From Lophium mytilinum (Eukaryota), in NCBI GenBank assembly GCA_010093605.1, contig MU004195.1, positions 1,565,566-1,629,565 on the forward strand: a DNA stretch of 64,000 nt, read 5' to 3'. Below are positions 1-11,280 of the stretch, one piece after another. How positions within the stretch are numbered: position 1 is the first letter of the stretch; each line of letters opens with the position of its first letter. The notes beneath the pieces are model-generated. The model was not told the DNA's origin and did no database searches. It was given only the letters and a program-made list of their open reading frames with translations. A program made the position numbers and the translations under genes.

Positions 1-2242
1 TGCAGCTCGAATGCCACTTTATCAAGTAATGGTATCGAGCGAATGTGCCACATTCCCTCTCGTGAAACGGGGGCACGACGAAGATGGTCACGACTGGAAC
101 TACATTCAGGTTCACCCCTCAGTCCAAGCGGAATTCCGGCACCGCTTCGAGGATTTACACGAGCTTATCGTAGTGAGGACCTCGGAGAACGAGTCCTACC
201 AACCGGTATTCCTCCACTTTCCCGATCTGAAGGAGTACGAGACGCGAGATCTTTTCACGCCGCATCCAACGAAACCAGGGCTTTGGACGCATCGAAGCCG
301 GGTCGACGACGTCATCGTGTTCTTAAATGGAGAGAAGACAAACCCTGTCTCTTTCGAGCACGAGGTCGCCAAACATCCCGAAGTTGGAGCCGCGTTAGTG
401 GCTGGCCAGCAACGTTTCGAAGCCTCGCTTTTAGTTGAGCTCGTCGATAACAGTGCCGCCACACCCAAAGACCGCCTTGAGATCGTTGACCGAATATGGC
501 CTAACGTACAAAAAGCGAACAGTCAATGTCCTGCTCATGCCAAAGTCTCCAAGTCGAAGATTATATTGGTGGATCCGGAAATGCCAATGCTCCGCGCCGG
601 GAAATGGACTGTTCAGCGGCAAGCCACCTTAGATTTGTACTCAAAGATATTGGATGAGGTCTATGCTGAGGATGACCTGGACGTTTTATGGATCCCAGCA
701 GAAGACATTGTTAGTGAGTCCTTCGTTGCGGACACAGTGCGGGAAGCGGTTAGGAGCGTGACTGAGTGGGCGGAATTCAATGACGATGACGAGTTTTTCT
801 CCCTAGGAATGGATTCTCTGCAAGTCTTCAAACTAAGACGCCAGCTCAAGGCTAAGTTGCCGCAAACTATCAGCATAGCAACTATATATGGAAACCCTTC
901 AATCACGCTGCTTGCGAAGGAAATCTGGAAATCGGCATCTCACACCCAAGCATCAGAATCTGAAATTCAACGAGCCATGCCAGACGAAGCTGCCGCGATT
1001 ACCGCAACCATCCAAGAATACGTCAACCAAATAGACGCAATCGCAACGCCCCCCCAGACGGACTCACATCCGATAGCAAAACCGTCACCAGCATCCGAAG
1101 TCATACTGCTCACAGGATCAACGGGCACGCTGGGCTCTTTCATACTTCACGACCTCCTTGCCCAGAAAACCAGTGCTCACATCTACTGCCTAAACCGAGC
1201 CCCAAACTCCTCACAACTCCAAACAACCCGAAACCAGTCCCACCAACTCCCCACCAACTTCCCCCTCAACCGCGTCACCTTCCTAACCGCCGACCTCTCC
1301 AAACCCTCCTTCGGGCTCTCAGAACCCCTCTACACCACCCTCCTAACAACAACCACCCGCATCATCCACAACGCCTGGCCCGTCGACTTCAACCGCACCC
1401 TCCCCTCCTTCCACCCCAGCCTCTCCACCGTCGTCGCCCTCATCGCCTTCGCCGCCCGCTCCCCCAAATCCCCGACTCTGTTCTTCATGTCCTCCATCAG
1501 CGCCACCATCAACTACAGCGCGCCCCTGATCCCCGAAGCCGTCATCACAGACCTCGCCTGCACCGCGCCAATGGGCTACGGGCAGAGCAAATACGTCGCC
1601 GAACGCCTCCTCGACCACGCGGCCCGCACCCTCGGCGTCGACGCCACGGCCGTCCGTATCGGGCAGATCGCGGGCACGGCGGAGAACCCGCGCGGCTGGA
1701 GCCGGAATGAGTGGCTGCCGAGTTTGGTGCTGAGCTTGCGGTTCGTGAGCGCGCTGCCGGATTCGCTGGGGGCGATGGACGCTGTGGACTGGGTGCCGGT
1801 TGATAAGCTGGCGGGGGTGCTGAGGGAATTGCTTTTCGGGGCTTATGGTGGAAAAGAGGGTAACGGATTGCGGGTGTTTCATGCCGTCAATCCGGCTGTT
1901 GTTTCGTGGGAAACGCTGCTTCCTACCGTTAAAGAGCTCTTGAGTGAGCACGGAGAGGTGGCGGTGCTGTCGTTCCCTGCTTGGTTGGACCTCCTGAAAT
2001 CGCGGAGTGGGGAAGTCAGTAATGGGGGCGCTGGGGAGAGCAGTGCGGAGATGCTGCGGCGGAATCCGGGGATGAAGCTTCTTGGGTTTTATGAAGAGTT
2101 GCAGCCGGATGGTAAAGATGGGACACGAGCGAAGATGGATCTAACCCGCACGCTGGAAGCTAGTGAGTCGATGAGGAGCTTGGAGCCTATACAGAAGGAG
2201 TGGATAGCAGGCTGGGTCCGGAATTGGGTCGCCAGTAGTTAA
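1..2242 (+). CDS. NRPS-like adenylation-thiolation-reductase (carboxylic acid reductase-type) protein, 5' end outside the window
   Basis: A-domain C-terminal part (TRDLF, SRVDDVIVFLNGEK, RAGK); carrier motif FFSLGMDSL; reductase Rossmann motif LLTGSTGTLGS; catalytic YGQSK; IIHNAWPVDFN. Confidence 0.92.
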   Translation, partial: AARMPLYQVMVSSECATFPLVKRGHDEDGHDWNYIQVHPSVQAEFRHRFEDLHELIVVRTSENESYQPVFLHFPDLKEYETRDLFTPHPTKPGLWTHRSRVDDVIVFLNGEKTNPVSFEHEVAKHPEVGAALVAGQQRFEASLLVELVDNSAATPKDRLEIVDRIWPNVQKANSQCPAHAKVSKSKIILVDPEMPMLRAGKWTVQRQATLDLYSKILDEVYAEDDLDVLWIPAEDIVSESFVADTVREAVRSVTEWAEFNDDDEFFSLGMDSLQVFKLRRQLKAKLPQTISIATIYGNPSITLLAKEIWKSASHTQASESEIQRAMPDEAAAITATIQEYVNQIDAIATPPQTDSHPIAKPSPASEVILLTGSTGTLGSFILHDLLAQKTSAHIYCLNRAPNSSQLQTTRNQSHQLPTNFPLNRVTFLTADLSKPSFGLSEPLYTTLLTTTTRIIHNAWPVDFNRTLPSFHPSLSTVVALIAFAARSPKSPTLFFMSSISATINYSAPLIPEAVITDLACTAPMGYGQSKYVAERLLDHAARTLGVDATAVRIGQIAGTAENPRGWSRNEWLPSLVLSLRFVSALPDSLGAMDAVDWVPVDKLAGVLRELLFGAYGGKEGNGLRVFHAVNPAVVSWETLLPTVKELLSEHGEVAVLSFPAWLDLLKSRSGEVSNGGAGESSAEMLRRNPGMKLLGFYEELQPDGKDGTRAKMDLTRTLEASESMRSLEPIQKEWIAGWVRNWVASS

Positions 2243-2479
2243 GGCATGCCACGTCCCGCGAGGAGATCTCTCGAGATTTAGCAGCGAGGTTAAGAGCTAC
2301 AACAGTATCAACACCATTTAGCGTAAACTCGCTCATTTGCCTCCCGTCCAAAATCCGTAGGCGATGAATGGGAGAAATGGTACTCTTGCGCCCGAAAACA
2401 GCGGGTCAACGATTTGCTTCTCATTAGAACCGGGGCCTCGTAGCTTCAGAAACCTCTGAAACGCCGCCGCCAGCGTTCC

Positions 2480-2720
2480 CGTTAAAGTACCCAGGAGTAA
2501 CAGCACTAAAAGTTACCTAGGTATACTAGGTACGTGGAGACTACTATAATAATATAAAGAAGCCTTTTATTACCTATCTAGCTTACACTCTACAGATTAG
2601 AAATTAGAAATTACCTACTGTATAAAATTTGAAGAAGGGGGTTATAGTATTCCAGATACTCTGAGCTTGAAATATCGACCCATATTCTTCTTTTCTACTA
2701 GTCAACGCCACGGGCATTGT
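2480..2720. mobile_element. AT/TpA-rich, RIP-like degenerate repeat relic
   Basis: Local AT rise with many TA/TAG dinucleotides and few CA/TG (e.g. agttacctaggtatactaggtac, ctactataataatataaag); no ORF. Element family not identifiable. Confidence 0.35.
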
Positions 2721-3134
2721 TAGCGATATCCTGCTTATTCAGTTGACTTTAATGCTAGCTTCGATGCTTGAGTGTTGAGTTCAGGGGGTTGGGATTGTGA
2801 GTATACCATACGATACTAGCTAAGCGATTAGGTTGTACCCCCGCGCAGGCACCTTAGCACAGACCAGGAGCCCTGCATATGAGAGATTCAGCGCGTGTAA
2901 ACTAAAGCATAGCTATAGTAATCTATTCGCTAATGCTCACAAGCGAAGTGCGGAGTCAGCCTCAGGACCGCGACTTCAAGAACGCTGGTGCCTAACAGGA
3001 TCTGCATTCCCAAAATACATATAATCGCCACCCCTCCCTCTCTCATCCTCCACTAATCCTCTTCTCACACCCTCAAACTTCCGTTAAAAGAAAACTCAAA
3101 TCTCCACCTTCCAAACTCTCTATTATCTATCATC

Positions 3135-3734
3135 ATGGCCTCACTTGCCACGCAAAAACCCCCCTCCCCCCTCCTCTCCCTCCCCCTCGAGCTCCAACTC
3201 TCCATCTACGAACTCGCCCTCATCTCCCCCACCCCCCTCCTCCTCAACCTCCCCTGCAACAGCTCCTACCGCTCGCGCAGCGCCCAAGAAACCCTCGACG
3301 CCGCCGCCTGGGCCGCCGGCACCCTGCACGCCCCCTCCCAACCCCCGCTCACCCGCGTCTGCCACGCGCTGCGCCGCCTCACCCTCCCCATCTTCTATGG
3401 CGAGAACGTGTTCCGCGCGCGCTACTGCACGCGCACGGAAGACGAGCTGGCGGGGCCGGTGGCGTGGCTGCGCGCGATGGGGCCGGCCAACCGCGAGATG
3501 TTGCGGTGGTTGGTTTTCTATGATCGGAATGAGCGGCATGATAAGTGGACGCGGGATTGGGAGAAGGTGGAGGAGGGGCCGGTGGTGGGGGAGTTGGGGG
3601 GCAGGGTGGAGACGGTTAGTGATGAGACGGGGTGTGCGCATCTGGTGAGGTTTGGGGAGGGTGGGGGGAGGGGGAGGATGCCGGAGGCTGTGAGGGTGGG
3701 ACCGGGGAGGTTGAGGCTTGAGGGGGAGGTGTGA
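3135..3734 (+). CDS. Small F-box-like (2EXR-type) protein
   Basis: N-terminal SPLLSLPLELQLSIYELAL, followed by PPLTRVCHALRRLTLPIFYGENVF, typical of fungal F-box-like orphans; single exon; ATCATGG start context. Confidence 0.8.
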   Translation: MASLATQKPPSPLLSLPLELQLSIYELALISPTPLLLNLPCNSSYRSRSAQETLDAAAWAAGTLHAPSQPPLTRVCHALRRLTLPIFYGENVFRARYCTRTEDELAGPVAWLRAMGPANREMLRWLVFYDRNERHDKWTRDWEKVEEGPVVGELGGRVETVSDETGCAHLVRFGEGGGRGRMPEAVRVGPGRLRLEGEV

Positions 3735-4129
3735 TGGGGTGGTCGAGGTGAAGGCATGGGAGGTGGTGGATTGCGCGAAGGTTTGGGAGGGTGTGTGGAA
3801 CGTTCATTTTCGTGTTGACGGGAACGCACCGTTCGCCATTGATGCCGTAGCTCCCTAGTTTCGGATTCGGGGCCAGACTTGTTCGTGGAAGTGTCAGTCG
3901 ATTTGACTCGCTGGAATAGCTAGAAATCAGACTTCGAGACAGCGGTGTCACATAAGAGGAGAGAAGTAGACAATTGAACGTGAATTGCATTCGAGGAAAG
4001 ATGATGTGGTATGTAGAGGAAGGGGAAAAGGGTTCTGGAAGAGGGTGAGAGGGGCTATATGTACATGTGCCTGCCATTTCTTAACACCGCGCGCTCTTCT
4101 CCCTGAAAAGTAGTTTTGCACGGCGTAGA

Positions 4130-4470
4130 GTTTAATAGAGTGGACTTATGTGATTGCAGTTCTGAATTTAAAAAATCAAGCGCGTGTGTACTATTAAGCT
4201 TCATGTTAAAGCGAGTTTGCTCGCACTTATTACAGGTGATAAATAAGTTTTTCTACAAGATAGTCGTTCTAGAACCCTGCAAGCGAGCGTTGTAAGCCTT
4301 ACTAAATAGGCAGGGTCTATACTTAACTGGGTTTAACTTCTACGCCGCCACTCTAAGTAGTATTTATCTACTTGTTTGGGGAGAGGGGATATATATACTG
4401 CTATTATCACGTACATTAAAGAGAGGAACTAAGTATTACATCTGTATAAGCTAAGCAGAGAGCAAAAAAA
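4130..4470. mobile_element. TpA-rich RIP-like relic
   Basis: Composition shift to AT-rich sequence with frequent TA (taagtagtatttatctac, gatatatatactgctattatc); no ORF. Confidence 0.35.
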
Positions 4471-4988
4471 GTACTTCTGCGGAGCAAAACACCACCCTCG
4501 TGAGAGGGTGTAGCCACCTCGGAGAGGTTTCTCTAAATCCATCCTGGAGATCCGGAGCCCGCGATTTTTCAATCCATCGAATCTTCACCGACCTCAGCCT
4601 CACGCACCAACTGCATACAGCCTCTTTTACCGGCTTCCAAGCCTCTCATGCCGCCTCCGAGCTGTTGCCAGCTTTTAACACCATAAGTCGAGTCGAGAAT
4701 CGCCGACTGCTGGGGTTGAACGCCAGACCAACTTCTAAACTCAGGTGAGGGTTGTCGGTGGTGGGTAGAACCCACCTCGCGAGGTGCGGTGCCTGGTCTC
4801 CGGCCGACGGGCTTACACTCGGCGTGGCCGACCAACTGAGCTGCTGGGCAATTAGTAGAATGTGGGGTTCGAACTTTAATGGAAATATATAGACTTAGCG
4901 AGGGACTACTTTAATGGCTGCCTAGCTGCTAATGCTTTGAGGGCAGTTTTCCCAACGCTATTCCCGCACTCGATCGCTGGAGACGATC

Positions 4989-5541
4989 TCACCAACGCTG
5001 CGCGTTCTTTGATGTTTTTGATTCTCCGCGCGCTGGCAACTGGGCCAAGATCACAACAAACGGGTCCTCTCTCCCACCTAGCTTGAAAAGAATTTCTTTT
5101 AATCTTTCCCCTATACTCATCGTATAAAAGAAATGAAACAGTACTGTGATATAATCAAATCGCATGACCGTCTCACCGTGTATAACACTCCAACAGCGCC
5201 GCGCATCACATCTCCAAAGCGGCGAACAATGAAGCAATTCGCCGCCTATCTCGACCCTCAGCCTTCCCGCACCCTCCATCACAAACACCTTCACCTCTAA
5301 CGAAAACGATGTCTTAGAGATATGAACCAGATTAACTCACTCTTGCCTTACCGTCCTGCCCACCGGAACGCGACCGATTGAACACGACACTCCCCCGCAG
5401 CCTCTCCAACGCGATCAACACACAGCCCGGAATCAACCCCGTTGGGAGCACCGGCCAAGCTTCACTCAATCTCCAGCTCTCTTCCAAGCCCACAGCTCCC
5501 TGAACAAGCCCAGTCTCTAACCTGCTACTTTTCCCATCCAT
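4989..5541 (-). pseudogene. Possible small spliced orphan gene or gene relic
   Basis: A GT-AG intron at 5351..5297 (GTAAGG...CTAAG...TTAG, 55 nt) joins ORF 5541-5352 to ORF 5296-4989 in frame (GQD-E-VKVF); no recognisable domain. Confidence 0.3.
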
Positions 5542-6843
5542 ACTCAGCGCATCTTCCTGCCCTCCACTAGCCGATCAAATGGCCGCCGAACCCCACCCGC
5601 ACACTTCTGTATCATCCCAGCCAACTATGGGCCGTCACACTTCACGTTCCCCCTCCCGCCCATCGTCGCTTACGATCCCACCGCCCGGCCGGGCTACACC
5701 CCTCCCGTATAAGCAGCAGAAGGGGCGGTAAAGCCAGCGACGGGCGGCGAAGCCCGTGGGGGGGATGGCTGAGTCCCCAAGGGATACCCAAGTCGGGCTA
5801 GAGGTGGGAGGGGTAGGAGTAGAGGGTAAGTAGGATTACGGGAAGACGACGAGGCGCCGCGGAAGGGGTACCTTTGCGCACGGGGACAGAAAGAGGCGGA
5901 GAGATGAACATGCTCACGAGATACGAAGGGGATGTATAGAAAATGAGGCGTACATTATGGGATGGGAAGGGTAAGATGGAGGAGGCGCGTGAGATTGATT
6001 GTGTTTGGAAATAGCGTATGCAAAGGAGGGATACGAAAATAAATTGGCCTTTTGTGCTAAACGACTACACGAACTATGTGATCGATACTGCACGAAGAGA
6101 TGAGCACGAGACAGAAACGTCAAGTACTCATTCCTACCTCCCAAGTCACCACACTGCTACCGTTTCAAGAAGTGCTAACGACCCTTCTCCACCAACAGCT
6201 GGGCATTCAACCGACAGAAGCGATATCAACGTTCACCAATTCGGGATATCTTGGGCCTACAGCTTGACGCTTATTGAGTCTGTGACTTATGATGTAGACG
6301 GTAAGATCCATCTTGCTGATGGAGAGGGTGGTGGACTGAAGGCTGACCGATGGTGGTTGATGGAGAGTCGAATGCCAAGCCACCGACTGCTTCTAGAGCC
6401 GGAATCTAACGGTGGTACTTCGTACAAGGGTTAATAACAAATTATATCGTCTAGATAGTCCCTGAGCCGCCCCAAACGATGACTGATATCAAAATCCGAT
6501 TCGAGATGTATTTCGAAACGTTTTCGGCCTGGCGAAGATCTGAAGGCAGGCGTATATACGTTCATCAAGCGGCACAATCATGTTCATAACGAAACGAAAG
6601 GACCGAATCATTGAAGCACTGGTCAATTTATTGTACTTTGTAAGGAAAGAAGAACAAGACAAGAGGCTCCGCTAGCTACTGAGTAGTCCCAAAACAACAC
6701 ACGCAATCAAGTTCCTACTCTACCCCCATAGCCATGCCCTCCATTGAACAGCCCGAGACACCAATCCAGCTCGAACGCTATGAATGAAGGCACACGCTAT
6801 CCATCAACACCGTTCATTAGAGTAATAACTTAACGACGCACGC

Positions 6844-8571
6844 CTAGTACTCGGCCTCAGCACCCTCGTCGCCCTCGAGCGAGTCGGCAGCCACCTCTTC
6901 GTAGTCACGCTCGAGCGCAGCAAGGTCCTCGCGGGCCTCGGAGAACTCGCCCTCCTCCATACCCTCGCCGACGTACCAATGGACGAAAGCACGCTTGGAG
7001 TACATGAGGTCAAACTTGTGGGACAGAGCGGACCAAGCCTCGGCGATGGCCGTGGTGTTGGACAACATGCACACAGCGCGGTTGACCTTGGCCAAATCGC
7101 CGTTGGGCACCATCTGCGGGGGCTGGTAGCAGATACCAATCTTGAAGCCGGTCGGGCACCAGTCGACGAACTGGATGGTGCGCTTGGTCTTCAGGTGAGC
7201 AATGGCAACGTGCGTGTCCTTGGGCACAACATCGCCACGGTACAGGAGGCAGGTAGCCATGTACTTTCCGTTGCGGGGGTCGCACTTCACCATCTGGTTG
7301 TTGGGCTCGAAGCAGGCGTTGGTGATCTCCATGACCGAGTTGGCCTCGTGGGAGGCCTTGGCAGCCGACACGACGGGAGCGTACGCAACGAGAGGGAAAT
7401 GAATACGGGGGTATGGGACGAGGTTGGTCTGGAACTCGTTGAGATCGACGTTCAGGGAGCCGTCAAATCGGAGGGAAGCGGTGATAGAGGAAACGACTGC
7501 GAATTAGGTTAGCGGAGGTTACTCCGGAGTCGAGAAGACGGTGAACATACCCTGAGCAATGAGACGGTTGAGGTTCTCATAGTTGGGTCGCTCGATACCC
7601 AAGTTCCTACGGCAGATGTCGTAGATGGCTTCGTTATCAACCATAAAGCTGCAGTCCGAGTGTTCAAGGGTAGTATGTGTGGTGAGGATAGAGTTGTAGG
7701 GTTCGACAACGGAGGTGGCGACCTGCGGCGCCGGGTAGACACAGAACTCAAGCTTGCACTTCTTGCCATAGTCCACCGACAGACGCTCCATGAGAAGAGC
7801 ACCAAATCCAGAACCGGTTCCACCACCGAAGGAGTGGAAGACGAGGAAACCTTGCAGACCAGAGCAGTTGTCGGCAACACGGCGGACCTTGTCGAGAACT
7901 TGGTCAATCAACTCCTTGCCCACGGTGTAATGGCCACGAGCGTAGTTGTTGGACGCATCCTCCTTGCCGGTGATCATGTGCTCCGGGTGGAAGAGGCTTC
8001 GGTAGGGGCCTGTGCGGACCTCATCGACAACGTTGGGCTCGAGATCGCAGTAGATGGTGCGCGGAACGTACTTGCCCTGGCCTTGACGTGTGTCAATGTT
8101 GTGTTAGCTGTGTATGGGCAATTTTTGAGGTGTTGTGCTAGCATACCTGTTTCCGAGAAGAAGGTGCTGAACCCGTGGTCGTCGTCGGCGGCTTTGCGCT
8201 CCTCGGTGAGGTAGCCATCGGGCTAGTTGATGGCATTAGCTGCGTGTCTATAAAGACTGATTGAAGGGGAGCTGGTTACCTGGATGCCGTGTTCAAGACA
8301 GTACAGCTGTGAGTATCAAATTAGTAAACAGTCTTGCCTAGGCACCCGTGATAATTTTCCAAGCCGTCTTTTCCGACGCGGAAAAGAGGCAAATGAGGAA
8401 CTCTGGCATCGACTCACCTCCCAGCACGAGTTTGCAATCTGGCAACCGGCCTGGCCGACTGTACGCGTGGATTGTTAGCATGCTGCTGCAGACGGGGACA
8501 TCCCACCAGAAGGCGGTCAGGACGCGCGCGTGGGGGATAGGCTTACCGTTCAAGCTGATGACTTCTCTCAT
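6844..8571 (-). CDS. tubA: Alpha-tubulin (multi-exon)
   Basis: [15 protein letters not shown] start; GGGTGSG signature; [14 protein letters not shown]-terminal EGAEAEY; five canonical introns. Confidence 0.99.
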
Positions 8572-8958
8572 GGCTGCGAGGGACGAGGAATTGAATAGAG
8601 ACTGGGAATACAGGCTCAGCGGCGGGTGATGTTCGAAGAGTGGTGGATGCAGTCGAGTTGCGGGGGGAAGGGATGCAGGAGAGTCGGCGACGAGGTTAGT
8701 AGTCGACTTGTTGTGGGCCGTTTTGTTGTGCAGGGGCCGCGCGCGCTATGGGCCTAGCGCGTCTTTTATGCCCACTCGTGCATCCTGGCAGCTTCTGGTG
8801 CTAGTGCATAACAATATCACGTCGGCCAGAAGCTACTGCCTGATATTCACTATACGTGCACGCTTCTGCTACTTCTTCTCCCCCAAGAACCCCTTTCCAT
8901 GCACCGCTGCGTGACAGCATGACCCGCGCCGCGACGAGGCCCCTCTGTGTACCCAAAG

Positions 8959-9801
8959 ATGCGGTTTACGCTGCCTGCGGCCTCCCTCATCGCACTCGTC
9001 GCTGAGGCGGTTGCAAACACCGAGAAGGTCATATTCACAGCTCCCAGCGCTATCACTATCCCCAACATCCGCCCCGGGCTGGATGACCTCAACCTAGACA
9101 CCTTGTCGCCCGCTGGCCTGCGCACGCTGGAAACCAGTTTGGCCGTGCAATTCCCCTCCGACACAGCCCCGCGCGGGGTGCAATCGTGGTACCTTCTCAA
9201 AGACCTGGAACCTGGACGACGCTACGAAGTGAGGGTTTGCTGGCCAGCAACTGTAAGCTACACGCGTCTTTCTATCTAGCTGTCGTGGTGGACGCGCCGT
9301 TTGCCCGCCAGCCTTTGTTTGTCCGACCAGAGCCTTCGCTAACATCCTCAAGCAACCGACTGATTTCTGGCTCGACGTCCACAACCTCACCCACGTCTTC
9401 GAGACGCCTCTCCTCATATCCTCCCTCGCCGATTACTCCGAAAACCGGCAACCTATTGACCTGCAAGGCCCCGGACGCGCTCAAGGTGAAGCTACGTCCC
9501 ATTCAGTCTTGTTGCTGCACATACATTCCGCTGCCGACTACTTCACTTCGAACCGCACGTTGATGGAACACCCGCCAGCCGTCGACGTGGACCTTAGTAC
9601 GTCCCCGAATTCTCTGGAACCCGGGCCGTGATTGCTAATTGCTCAGTTCTTGATCCATTCCTCTTGAATATCCTTCCACAATCGCTCGGCCCCACCGCCC
9701 TCTACATCACCGTTCTTGCAGTCGGAAGCTTCTTCCTCTCCGGTGCCATCTACACCTGGCTCTACCAGATCGCGGAAATACCTAAACCTCACACCGACTG
9801 A
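8959..9801 (+). CDS. PGA1: Pga1-like GPI-mannosyltransferase II co-activator (3 exons)
   Basis: Signal peptide followed by ANTEKVIF; RYEVRVCWPAT|QPTDF across intron 9253-9352; DLILDPFLLNIFPQSL; C-terminal TM helix; stop TGA at 9799-9801. Confidence 0.82.
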
Positions 9802-9895
9802 GTGCATGCCTATGCGATTGCATCTCGGGTCTCCCCTCGCCTTCGCGAAAGGCCTTCTCGACTCGATATTCACTCGCCATCCACCGTCTCCGGCC

Positions 9896-10330
9896 ATGGC
9901 AACATCATCTACAGCACCGCCCAAACTCTCCGCCTTGTTCAATTTGCCCCCAGAGATCTTCCTCCTCATCCTGTCATACCTGCGCCCAGGCGACTTGCTC
10001 AAATTCGCCTTGACTACATACCCCCAGTTGCAAGTTAAACTCAATCTAGGATATCTGTCCATTCGCACGTTCCACCGGCTGGTACTCCCGCCGCCAAACA
10101 TTGCTCTCAACTGGCCTTTGCCAATGGAGCTAACAGATCAGATTCTCGGCTACCTTCTTGATCCAAGCGACGTTATCGCCTTTTGCTTCACTCACCGGGC
10201 CGTGTACCTTCAGTACATGGGCAACGAGACTCTGGACCGGGAAACAGTCGCGGGGCTGTGCAGTGTGACAAGACTTCCTGTCGATGGTGGGTTGCGGGCT
10301 TTGAGGAATTGGACGTCAGGAGGCAGATGA
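9896..10330 (+). CDS. Small protein with two tandem F-box-like motifs (in-frame upstream ATGs at 9806 and 9812)
   Basis: LFNLPPEIFLLILSYLRPGDLLKFALT and WPLPMELTDQILGYLLDPSDVIAFCFT; strong GCCATGG context at 9896. Confidence 0.72.
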   Translation: MATSSTAPPKLSALFNLPPEIFLLILSYLRPGDLLKFALTTYPQLQVKLNLGYLSIRTFHRLVLPPPNIALNWPLPMELTDQILGYLLDPSDVIAFCFTHRAVYLQYMGNETLDRETVAGLCSVTRLPVDGGLRALRNWTSGGR

Positions 10331-10768
10331 TGATGGCATGTTTATGGTTCACGAGCATGATGCATAGGTTTGGCGTTGGACTAAGCTGCGGGCTGCTTTG
10401 TTACGGTGTCTAGGCTGCGGATGGATGCATACGGCGCTGGATTGCGCTATTAGTCTGGTATGGCTACAGTCTCACAATGCGAGAAACGATGGAACACTCG
10501 GCACTTCAGTATCCAAACAAGGTGTTTTTCGTGATGATGCTGTGAGTGCTCTTTTACCTGGATCGTCCTCAACTCTTCCACCAAATGTCAGGAATGGCCA
10601 CTTCGATTTTCATTCTCGTATAACACTGTCTGGGGTCCGCCCGCTAAGGCGATACTTGTAGTGCATCTAGCTTGTTCTAAATGCACTATATCACTATAAG
10701 CACTGCCCAACACCCCCTAATCCCCCATACCATCCATCAGACTCACCGCCTCCCCTATCACATGCTCA

Positions 10769-11280
10769 TCACGCGATATCACGGGACCTGCCAGCCGTCT
10801 TCCATCGTCTCGGTATAAAGGACCATCCTCCTCTACTATTCAAGTCTTCAGAGCACATCCTCCTGAGGTTGATCAAATTGTAACTCGGGAGGACCTCATG
10901 TGCGGGTGGAGTCGGGATCAAATACCACACACAATATTTGAATGGAGCGGCCGCGCCCCGCACCATTTCCCCCTCAATTCTGATGCTGCTCTTCCTCATC
11001 TCCTACTTCCATCCTCCGAATCTATCTCTCTCCGATGATCTCATCTTGAAATCAGGGGTTGAGGTGGGCAGCATCACCGCAGCCAAGTGACGATCGTCGA
11101 TGCGAAGCATGAGTGGCGCATCCACCACATTACTGAAGTCAGCGAGCTTTGAGGAAGGCACACGGCCCGAAGGTCATCAGGAATCGAAGAGTATTAGTTG
11201 AACAACGTCCATATCTCTGAGAGCTGGAGTTTTATCGGTGCTTTGTGCAAGAGAAGGGGTTGTGGGCGGGGGAAGGGGTT
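10769..11280 (-). pseudogene. Probable decayed orphan gene
   Basis: A protein-like frame (..SKLADFSNVVDAPLMLRIDD..GGWK*EMRKSSIRIEGE..) is interrupted by a single TAG; C-rich to G-rich skew as in neighbouring genes. Confidence 0.25.

Noticed and set aside
6979..8214. Plus-strand ORFs of 177 and 184 aa
   Set aside because: Antisense shadows of the codon-biased alpha-tubulin gene.
8367..8387. 9-bp hairpin (tcttttccg...cggaaaaga) in a tubulin intron
   Set aside because: Short, with no snoRNA box motifs.
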